A DNA stretch of 64,000 nucleotides from NCBI GenBank assembly GCA_964535735.1, contig CAZHTM010000003.1, forward strand, positions 2,092 through 66,091. Direction: 5' to 3'. Positions 56,533 to 64,000 of this stretch are shown here, piece after piece. How positions within the stretch are numbered: the first letter of the stretch is position 1; each line of letters opens with the position of its first letter. The position numbers and the translations under genes were made by a program. The notes under the pieces were generated by a model. That model was not told the origin of the DNA. It did no database searches and worked only from the letters and a program-made list of their open reading frames with translations. The DNA comes from an uncultured bacterium (GTDB lineage Bacteria; Fidelibacterota; Marinisomatia; Marinisomatales; J089).

Positions 56533-57325
56533 GACCACTAATATCCTTTGGTTTGTATTCCGGGAAATAGATGAAGGGATCCAACGATTGTCCATCTTTC
56601 CAGACTTCGAAGTGGAGGTGGGGTCCGGACGAAATCCCCGAATTCCCTGCCAGGCCGATTACCTCTCCCCGGTGGACAAATTCCCGGTTGGACACCAGAC
56701 TCCTCAAAAAATGACCATACAGGGTAAAATACCCATTCCCGTGAAATAAAATCACCATATTGCCCAGATCATAGGTCCAACCGGAAAACACCACATATCC
56801 GCTGGCGGAGGCCACCACCGGGTCTCCTATTTTTACGGTGATGTCAATGCCCTTGTGGTTTTTCACCGGGTCCTGAATTGAGGTGTGTAATCGTTGCGTT
56901 ACATAACCCATGATGGGGGGCACTGAAGGAATATTCTCCACATAGGAGACATGAACCGGTTTTTCAATCACCGTTCCCGGGATAGGCAAACGGCCAGTCG
57001 TGTCGTTTTCCTCGGCCCTCTTGTCAAACTGCAAATCCGGTCCCAGTGTTTTCCGGATTTGCTGATCCATCTGTTGAATCCGCTCCAAATCCTGCATCAA
57101 ATTCAACACCGAGACGCGTTCCCGGGCCAGTTTATCATACCGGGTTTTCAGGGAATCGTATTCCACAATCTGGGGTGTGAAATAAATGGCCGCACCAAAT
57201 ATGGACATCACCAACAGCACAATCAGGATTAGGGAAACTTTCAGAGTCCGACGACTGACCTGGAATTGTTTATTTTCGTCTCCCGTATCGGGGATGACTA
57301 AAAATGTGTAACGCTTTGGTTTCAT
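56519..57325 (-). CDS. M23 family metallopeptidase (peptidoglycan endopeptidase type) with N-terminal TM anchor
   Basis: HKGIDI and GNSGISSGPHLHFEV zinc-ligand motifs. Confidence 0.88.
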   Translation of the reverse strand: MKPKRYTFLVIPDTGDENKQFQVSRRTLKVSLILIVLLVMSIFGAAIYFTPQIVEYDSLKTRYDKLARERVSVLNLMQDLERIQQMDQQIRKTLGPDLQFDKRAEENDTTGRLPIPGTVIEKPVHVSYVENIPSVPPIMGYVTQRLHTSIQDPVKNHKGIDITVKIGDPVVASASGYVVFSGWTYDLGNMVILFHGNGYFTLYGHFLRSLVSNREFVHRGEVIGLAGNSGISSGPHLHFEVWKDGQSLDPFIYFPEYKPKDISGHENE

Positions 57326-57341
57326 GATTAAGGGACGAAAC

Positions 57342-58205
57342 TCAGGCGTCCAATGATCGGAATAATTCTATCAGGCGTTCCAGGTCTTCATCCGAAAAAT
57401 AGGAAATTTCAATCACGCCGCCCTTTTTTCCCGGTTTCAGTTTAACTTTGGTTCCCAGGTAGGTGATGAGGTCATTTTCCACCGCCTTAAGAGCCGGATT
57501 CGCAGGGGCTTTTGCCTTGGGCTTTTTGGATCGGGCAGCTTGCCAGTCCCGGGCCAGTTGTTCCGCTTTTCGCACGCTTAAATCCTGGGTCCGTATCAGC
57601 TCCCACAGCTTTTCCATGGCGCGGGGGGTTTTCACCATGAGGATCGCCCGGCCATGTCCCGCCGTGATTTCTCCCGTTTTCAGACTGGCTCTGATTTTCG
57701 GAGGAAGATTTAAAAGCCGCAGAGCGTTGGTGACGGACACCCGGCTTTTCCCCACGGCCTTGGCAATTTTTTCCTGGGATAGATCAAACTTACTGTGAAG
57801 CACAGCGTAGCCTTCCGCCTCTTCCACCGGATTCAAATCTTCCCGCTGAATATTTTCTATCAGGGCCATTTCCATGAGGTCCGCTTCACCCGCCACTTCC
57901 ACCACATAAGCGGGAATGTCCGTCAGTCCCGCCATACGGGCGGCGCGACAACGGCGTTCCCCGGCAATTAGAATGAACCGGGAATCCAGAGCTTGCACGG
58001 TTACCGGCGTTAAGATGCCCTTTTCACGGATTGAAGCGGACAATTCTTCAATTCCGGTTTCATCAAAATTCTTCCGCGGCTGAAAAGGATTGGAATCAAT
58101 CAATTTCAGGGGCAGCTTCACCACGCCCGGTTTGGCACCGGCGCCACTATCCTCCTGGGGACGTATCAGGGCTTCCAGCCCACGACCTAATCGATTAGCC
58201 GACAC
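57342..58205 (-). CDS. parB: chromosome partitioning protein ParB
   Basis: RLGRGLEALI N-terminus, GERRCRAARMAGL ParB box, HTH segment. Confidence 0.93.
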   Translation of the reverse strand: MSANRLGRGLEALIRPQEDSGAGAKPGVVKLPLKLIDSNPFQPRKNFDETGIEELSASIREKGILTPVTVQALDSRFILIAGERRCRAARMAGLTDIPAYVVEVAGEADLMEMALIENIQREDLNPVEEAEGYAVLHSKFDLSQEKIAKAVGKSRVSVTNALRLLNLPPKIRASLKTGEITAGHGRAILMVKTPRAMEKLWELIRTQDLSVRKAEQLARDWQAARSKKPKAKAPANPALKAVENDLITYLGTKVKLKPGKKGGVIEISYFSDEDLERLIELFRSLDA

Positions 58206-58959
58206 GAGTTAATATTTCCTCCGCTAATTCCAAGTAATTACGAGCACCGGTGGAGTTGGCATCATACAGCAAGGCTGGCTTCCCAAAACTGGGCGCTTCT
58301 CCAAGCCGGACATTCCGGTGAATGACTGTTTTAAATAAAGTGTCTGAAAAATAACTTCGGACCTCTTCGGCTACTTCTTTGGACAAATTCAATCGACCAT
58401 CATACATGGTCAATAATACGCCGGCAATGGTTAATTTGGGATTGATATGTTTTTGCACCAGCCGGATCGTGTTTAGCAACTGCCCCAACCCTTCCAGGGC
58501 GTAATATTCGCATTGTATGGGGATGATCAGGCCATCCGAGGCCGCCAGGGCATTAATGGTGAGCAGACCTAAGGACGGGGGGCAGTCGATAAAAATATAC
58601 TCATATTTGGACAACACCGCTTCCAGATGATTTTGCAATTGATATTCCCGCGCCATGACGCTCACCAACTCAATTTCGGCGCCCACCAAATCATTAGTCG
58701 ATGGAAGAATATCCAGGTTTTCCAGTTCCGTACTCTGAATCGCATCTTCCAGGGACGAACGCTGCGTGAGAACCTCATAAATATTGGTCCCGTTAGATTC
58801 AAATAAATTGGATACGCCGGTGGTGGCGTTGGACTGGGGGTCGAGATCAATGAGGAGTGTTTTGACTTCTGAAACCGCCATGCTTACGGCGATATTGACC
58901 GCGCTGGTGGTTTTGCCGACCCCTCCTTTTTGATTGGTTATGGAAATAATATGTGCCAT
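58195..58959 (-). CDS. parA: chromosome partitioning ATPase ParA/Soj
   Basis: Deviant Walker A NQKGGVGKTT. Typical ParA sequence. Confidence 0.95.
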   Translation of the reverse strand: MAHIISITNQKGGVGKTTSAVNIAVSMAVSEVKTLLIDLDPQSNATTGVSNLFESNGTNIYEVLTQRSSLEDAIQSTELENLDILPSTNDLVGAEIELVSVMAREYQLQNHLEAVLSKYEYIFIDCPPSLGLLTINALAASDGLIIPIQCEYYALEGLGQLLNTIRLVQKHINPKLTIAGVLLTMYDGRLNLSKEVAEEVRSYFSDTLFKTVIHRNVRLGEAPSFGKPALLYDANSTGARNYLELAEEILTRVG

Positions 58960-59274
58960 CTAAATGTGTATGGATTGAATTGCGGGGTCGAATTTAGGTG
59001 CGATCCTACGGGCAAACAAGCAACCAGCTTTGGGTGGGGATGAATTGAATTTCATTACAGATGAAGCCTCCATGATTTCACCAATAGGGTTTTTAAACCT
59101 ATCACTTAACCCAGGCCCTATGTGCCTTCCCCGATTATTTTTGTGTGGGAGGGGGGGCGACGTTGTTTCGCGGAAAAAAGGAAAGACCAGGATTTCGCAA
59201 GGTCTCCAGACCGTGCGGAAATATGAGAATGAAATTATAGTTCAGTCATCGTTCCTTATCCGGGGAGAAATTCT

Positions 59275-59302
59275 TTTCGCAGGATCCGGAGATCCTGCGA
59301 AA
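59275..59302. other. perfect 12-bp inverted repeat tttcgcaggatc-cgga-gatcctgcgaaa abutting the cupin start codon
   Basis: Read directly from the sequence. Ends 2 nt before the ATG at 59305. Confidence 0.6.
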
Positions 59303-59304
59303 TC

Positions 59305-59664
59305 ATGTGGGGACAGAACCGGATTCGGATATCCCGGGTGATCGCCGCTTCTCCCGTCACCAGTCATTCAGTTCATTTGACGACCACCTTCGTTGAAATT
59401 GAACCGGGCGGCAAACAACGAGTGCATCACCATGAACCGGAACAGGTGTATTACATCATAGCGGGCACCGGTAAAATGACCGTCGGGGATGAGCAAGAAA
59501 TTGTTCAGAGTGAAGATTGTATTTTTATTCCGTTCCAAGAGCCCCATGGATTGGAAAATATCGGGGACGTACCGTTGAAATATTTCAGCGCGGCGTCCCC
59601 CTCTTTTACAGAAGAAGAATTGATTAAGTTTTGGCCCCTGAACAGCGAATCGAACCGTAAGTAG
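59305..59664 (+). CDS. cupin domain protein
   Basis: Cupin motifs GGKQRVHHHEPEQVYYIIAG and IPFQEPHGLENIG. Confidence 0.7.
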   Translation: MWGQNRIRISRVIAASPVTSHSVHLTTTFVEIEPGGKQRVHHHEPEQVYYIIAGTGKMTVGDEQEIVQSEDCIFIPFQEPHGLENIGDVPLKYFSAASPSFTEEELIKFWPLNSESNRK

Positions 59665-59801
59665 TCGGCGGCCGATCCCTCCTATCCTCTTCCCTGCCGT
59701 ACATCTCTTATCCCCGTCCCTACCTTTGTTTTCCCCGAAGGAGTGGATTAAATTTTTTCTCTTTTCCATGACGATTTAACACCATTACACAGGACGGACC
59801 C

Positions 59802-60827
59802 ATGAAATCCCTGGTTAAAAAATATCCTGAAAAAGGGGTCTGGATGGTCGACTCTCCGGAACCGGACGTCGGCACCAATGACGTATTAATTCAAATTCAC
59901 AAAACGGCGATCTGCGGAACCGATCTTCACATTTATGAATGGGATCCCTGGGCGCAACGGACCATAAAAACACCCATGATCTTTGGTCATGAATTCGCGG
60001 GAGTGGTGGTGGATATGGGTCCCGGCGTCACCCATTTTAAAATCGGGGACCGGGTATCGGGAGAAGGGCACATCACCTGTGGTTATTGCCGAAATTGCCG
60101 CGCCGGTAAGCGCCATCTTTGCCACCAGGCTCAGGGCATCGGGGTGAACCGCAACGGCGCCTTCGCGGAATATCTGGTCATGCCCGAACGAAATGTCTGG
60201 CCCATCCACGATGATATTTCCATGGAATCGGCCTCCTATTTTGATCCTTTCGGCAACGCCACCCACTGTGCCCTGTCCTTTGACATGGTGGGCGAGGATG
60301 TCCTGATCACCGGAGCCGGCCCCATTGGGATTATGGCGGTGGCTATCTGCCGATTCGCGGGAGCCCGCCATGTGGTCATCACCGATGTGAACGATTACCG
60401 ACTGGACTTGGCCAAAAAAATGGGCGCCAGCCTGGCAGTGAATGTGAATCAAACCTCCATTCAGGACACCATTTCCCAACTGGGCATGTCCAACGGGTTT
60501 GATATTGGTCTGGAAATGTCCGGCAACCCCCAGGCTTTCCGGGATATGTTAAGCGCCATGTATCATGGCGGGCGCATCGCCCTGCTGGGACTTTTGCCCA
60601 ATGACACCAGCATTAACTGGGATGATATCATTTTCAAAGGACTGCATGTGAAAGGGATTTACGGTCGGGAAATGTTCGAAACCTGGTATAAAATGACCCA
60701 GATGCTCCGGAGCGGTTTGGATATCTCCGGGGTAGTGACCCACCGCATTCCCATTGATGATTACCAGACCGGGTTTGACATCATGGAATCGGGGCAGTGC
60801 GGAAAAGTAATTCTGGAATGGGTATGA
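59802..60827 (+). CDS. tdh: L-threonine 3-dehydrogenase
   Basis: Zn-ADH motifs [38 protein letters not shown]. Upstream of kbl. Confidence 0.92.
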   Translation: MKSLVKKYPEKGVWMVDSPEPDVGTNDVLIQIHKTAICGTDLHIYEWDPWAQRTIKTPMIFGHEFAGVVVDMGPGVTHFKIGDRVSGEGHITCGYCRNCRAGKRHLCHQAQGIGVNRNGAFAEYLVMPERNVWPIHDDISMESASYFDPFGNATHCALSFDMVGEDVLITGAGPIGIMAVAICRFAGARHVVITDVNDYRLDLAKKMGASLAVNVNQTSIQDTISQLGMSNGFDIGLEMSGNPQAFRDMLSAMYHGGRIALLGLLPNDTSINWDDIIFKGLHVKGIYGREMFETWYKMTQMLRSGLDISGVVTHRIPIDDYQTGFDIMESGQCGKVILEWV

Positions 60828-60880
60828 CTGAATACTTTTTTGAAATAATCAGCTATGAATAATTATTGGGGAAGGATATT

Positions 60881-62068
60881 ATGAAATCAAATCTATTTGA
60901 CTATTCACCCGTGTTAAATGACATTAAATCCGAAGGACTTTACAAAGACGAACGCACCATCACCACGCCCCAGGGTGCTCAAATCAGTACCGTGGAGGGC
61001 GGGGAAGTCTTGAATTTCTGCGCCAACAATTACTTGGGTTTAGCCAATCATCCCCACATCATCCAGGCCGCCAAAGATGCGCTGGACACCTATGGTTTCG
61101 GTCTGGCGTCGGTCCGGTTTATTTGCGGCACCCAGGATTTGCATAAACAATTGGAAGCGGCCATCGCCCAATTCTTAGGGAAAGATGATGCCATCCTATA
61201 CACCAGTTGTTTTGATGCCAATGGCGGGCTGTTCGAAACATTATTGGGGCCCGAAGATGCCATTATCAGCGATGCCTTGAATCATGCATCGATTATTGAT
61301 GGGATACGCCTGTGCAAGGCCCGGCGTTTTCGTTATGCCCATGCGGACATGGCCGACCTGGAAAAACAACTGCAGGAGGCTCAATCGGCGCAAAAACGGA
61401 TGATCATGACCGACGGCGTTTTCAGTATGGATGGCGACATCGCTAAACTGGATGAAATCGTCGCCCTGGCCGAACGGTATAACGCCCTGGTGGCGGTGGA
61501 TGATTCCCATGCTACTGGATTTGTGGGCGCCACGGGACGCGGGTCCGCGGAGTATCGGGGCGTCTTGGACAAAATCGATATCATCACGTCCACCTTGGGG
61601 AAAGCCCTCGGCGGCGCTTCCGGCGGGTTCACCACCGGACGTCAGGATATCATCGATCTCCTTCGTCAGCGTTCCCGGCCCTATCTGTTTTCCAATACCG
61701 TGGCTCCGGCCATTGTGGCGGCGGGACTGAAAGTTTTTGAAATGCTGTCCGCCACCACGGAACTCCGAGACCGTCTTGAAGCCAACACCCGTTACTTCCG
61801 TGAAAAAATGGAAGCGGCGGGGTTTGACATCAAGCCCGGGGTCCATCCCATTGTTCCCATCATGCTGTACGACGCCCGACTGGCTCAAACCATGGCAGCC
61901 CGTTTACTGGAGAAAGGAATTTATGTCATTGGATTCTTTTATCCCGTGGTTCCCAAGGGAGAAGCCCGGATTCGGGTTCAGATCAGCGCCGCCCATGAAC
62001 GCAGTCATTTGGACAAAGCGATTCAGGCCTTTACCGAGGTGGGGCGTGAATTGGGCGTGATGAAATAG
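60881..62068 (+). CDS. kbl: 2-amino-3-ketobutyrate CoA ligase (glycine C-acetyltransferase)
   Basis: ATG at 60881 with GGGGAAGGA upstream. [27 protein letters not shown]-lysine motif. Confidence 0.92.
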   Translation: MKSNLFDYSPVLNDIKSEGLYKDERTITTPQGAQISTVEGGEVLNFCANNYLGLANHPHIIQAAKDALDTYGFGLASVRFICGTQDLHKQLEAAIAQFLGKDDAILYTSCFDANGGLFETLLGPEDAIISDALNHASIIDGIRLCKARRFRYAHADMADLEKQLQEAQSAQKRMIMTDGVFSMDGDIAKLDEIVALAERYNALVAVDDSHATGFVGATGRGSAEYRGVLDKIDIITSTLGKALGGASGGFTTGRQDIIDLLRQRSRPYLFSNTVAPAIVAAGLKVFEMLSATTELRDRLEANTRYFREKMEAAGFDIKPGVHPIVPIMLYDARLAQTMAARLLEKGIYVIGFFYPVVPKGEARIRVQISAAHERSHLDKAIQAFTEVGRELGVMK

Positions 62069-62281
62069 GCTGTCCTCATTCGACGAGTATCTCCTAGTTA
62101 AATAACGAAATTGACGAAAATTACCAGGTCGTTCGATGACCAGAAGGCTTGAGGTGTCCCTCCCCAGGAATAAAATAATTTGGGAATCGCAATTGCTGTT
62201 CTTTCTAAATCGTTTGACACCTCATCGAACCACAGGGTAAATTCGCTGCGCTTTTTTTTAACCATCTCAGACCATTCATCC

Positions 62282-64000
62282 ATGAACAAAACACTAACAC
62301 CCCGCTACATCATCATCGGCATCGTTTTCGCCTGGGCCATCTACTCTCTATGGCCGACGGTAGCGTACCACAACCTTTCAGACGAGGAAAAGGAAGCTCG
62401 GCGTGAGGCCGGCACCCTTAAGGACCTGGAGAACAAAGTAATTCGCCAGGGACTGGATTTGAAAGGCGGTATGTACATCGCCCTGGAAGTGGATTTACCC
62501 ACTCTGATGATCAATTTGGCCGCCAATCGCGACGCGAAATTTGATCGGGCCCTTAAAGAGGTCAAGAAGGAACTGAAAACCTCCCAGGAAGATTTTTTCA
62601 CCATCTTCAAGAATGCCATCGATCGCCACAAATTGCGCCTGCCTCGCTATTACCACGAATATGGCGCCAGTAAGGACGATATTCTGGCGGCCTTGGAACA
62701 AGAAGCGGACGATGCGATCAACCGGGTGTTGGAAATTCTTCAAAACCGGGTGGATCAGTTTGGTGTGTCGGAACCCACGATTCAGAAACAGGGAAACCAC
62801 CGCGTCATTGTTGAACTGGCGGGAATCAAGGATCCGGAACGGGCCCGAGGCCTGCTCCAGAGTACCGCATTGCTGGAGTTCTACATCGTAAAGGACCCGG
62901 AATTAACCAATGAATTGCTGGTCCGCATTGATAAAATCGTCAAAGGGACTGAGGATCTAGAAGAGTTAGCGGATGTTGACACTACCGGGACAGCCCAGGA
63001 AAAAGAGACCAAGGTCAGCGAAGACAAAACGATCTCGGTAAGCGAGTTGTTCGGAGAAGCTGAAGAGACGACAGCTGATACTGCTCAGGACACGTCCGTG
63101 GTGGTGGATCAGCGCCTGTTTGAAGATCGACCCTTTTCGGCCCTTCTGCGGAATCTGGGACGGACCATCGGCGTACCGGAAAAGAATATGTATGCCGTGA
63201 AAAAGATTCTGGCTTTGCCGGAAGTCCAGGCCCGTTTACAGGCGGATGACGGCCAATTTTTGTTTGGTAATAAAGCCAATGTGTACACCACTCCGGAAGG
63301 TGTAGAAGAAAAAATCTATCCCCTATATTATCTGAAAAGAAATCCGGAATTGAGTGGTGGTGTTATTGAAGATGCGAAAGCCCGGTTGGGATCTTCCGCC
63401 AGCAATAGTTCCGGACAACCCATCGTTTTGTTGAGTATGAATACGGAAGGCGCTCGCCAATGGGCCCGGGTAACCGGCGCTAATGTGGGGCGTGAAGTGG
63501 CCATTGTCCTAGATAAAAAGGTTCGAATGGCGCCAACCATTCGTGAGAAAATTTCCGGCGGAGGTACCCAGATCGAAGGATTTGCCAACATGCAGGAAGC
63601 TAAGGATATTGCCATTGTACTCCGGGCCGGTGCTCTCCCTGCTCCCGTGAAAATTATTGAAGAACGAATTGTAGGCCCTTCCTTAGGTGCCGACTCGATT
63701 CGTGAAGGCACTTTTTCCGTTATATTCGGTTTGACGTTGGTTGTCTTGTTTGTCCTGGTCTATTATAAATGGTCCGGTGCCGTTGCGGATTTAGCTTTGT
63801 TATGGAATTTGATGCTGGTTTTAGCTATCCTGGCGTCGCTCAAAGCCACTCTCACCCTACCGGGAATTGCGGGTCTTATTTTGACGGTGGGTATGTCCAT
63901 CGACGCCAATGTAATTATTTTTGAACGAATACGGGAAGAATTGCGGAAAGGGAAGACGCCCCGCGCCGCTGTCGACGCGGGCTACTCCAACGCCTTGTCA
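62282..64000 (+). CDS. secD: protein translocase subunit SecD (5' partial view; ORF runs off the window end)
   Basis: Not in the ORF track because no stop is reached. Hand translation from the ATG at 62282: MNKTLTPRYIIIGIVFAWAIYSLWP...GLDLKGGMYIALEVD. The frame stays open for 573 codons and ends ...IIFERIREELRKGKTPRAAVDAGYSNALS. Confidence 0.9.
   Translation, partial: MNKTLTPRYIIIGIVFAWAIYSLWPTVAYHNLSDEEKEARREAGTLKDLENKVIRQGLDLKGGMYIALEVDLPTLMINLAANRDAKFDRALKEVKKELKTSQEDFFTIFKNAIDRHKLRLPRYYHEYGASKDDILAALEQEADDAINRVLEILQNRVDQFGVSEPTIQKQGNHRVIVELAGIKDPERARGLLQSTALLEFYIVKDPELTNELLVRIDKIVKGTEDLEELADVDTTGTAQEKETKVSEDKTISVSELFGEAEETTADTAQDTSVVVDQRLFEDRPFSALLRNLGRTIGVPEKNMYAVKKILALPEVQARLQADDGQFLFGNKANVYTTPEGVEEKIYPLYYLKRNPELSGGVIEDAKARLGSSASNSSGQPIVLLSMNTEGARQWARVTGANVGREVAIVLDKKVRMAPTIREKISGGGTQIEGFANMQEAKDIAIVLRAGALPAPVKIIEERIVGPSLGADSIREGTFSVIFGLTLVVLFVLVYYKWSGAVADLALLWNLMLVLAILASLKATLTLPGIAGLILTVGMSIDANVIIFERIREELRKGKTPRAAVDAGYSNALS

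Noticed and set aside
59030-59341. 103-aa ORF upstream of and overlapping the cupin gene.
   Set aside because: Low-complexity Gly/Arg-rich sequence with no motif. It overlaps the palindrome and the cupin start.
59665-59801. Pyrimidine-rich tract with ccccgaaggagtgg upstream of tdh-kbl. Considered as a glycine riboswitch.
   Set aside because: Only a short resemblance to the CACCGAAGGGGCAA core. No GGAGAG or second conserved helix could be found by eye. An Rfam scan would settle it.
62098-62289. 63-aa minus-strand ORF in the kbl-secD gap.
   Set aside because: No motif and no RBS, and its start overlaps the secD start. It is most likely the secD 5' UTR/promoter region.

Overview
This is 64 kb of densely coded bacterial chromosome, mid-range GC by eye. 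Housekeeping blocks: secA, nusB, aspS, a complete F1Fo ATP synthase operon, parAB, secD, tdh-kbl, tRNA-Leu. A T9SS-type C-terminal sorting domain and a Sec-dependent (clade II) nosZ suggest an FCB-group or related candidate-phylum organism, but taxonomy cannot be assigned from this sequence alone.

Main accessory modules:
(i) 1.6-8.3 kb: Rrf2, cytochrome c, nosZ, NosB-like, nosL, nosD, nosF, nosY (clade II N2O reductase cluster).
(ii) c-di-GMP genes: a degenerate-Hpt/REC/GGDEF/REC cyclase and a GAF/HD-GYP protein.
(iii) 20.3-22.2 kb: a six-gene, translationally coupled ECF sigma operon with Cys/His-rich small proteins.
(iv) 26.8-33.0 kb: TrpB2, preceded by a candidate Trp-codon leader ORF and followed by a 1,518-aa AMP-ligase / unknown / GNAT fusion. 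This fusion is my top candidate for something undescribed.
(v) 45.9-47.0 kb: a RAYT (REP-associated tyrosine transposase) cassette with structured repeats, inserted into an intergenic terminator.
(vi) 49-59 kb: a 10-kb same-strand run parA-parB-M23 peptidase-bactofilin-atpZ/I-atpBEFHAGDC.

Four things are missing from the supplied ORF track:
- an open-ended secD (62282 to the window end)
- tRNA-Leu(UAG)
- a stop-interrupted pterin-4a-carbinolamine-dehydratase-like pseudogene
- the short leader ORF

I saw no CRISPR array, rRNA, integrase, prophage or recognisable defence system. All functional calls rest on motif and family recognition by eye; no database search, HMM scan or RNA folding was run.
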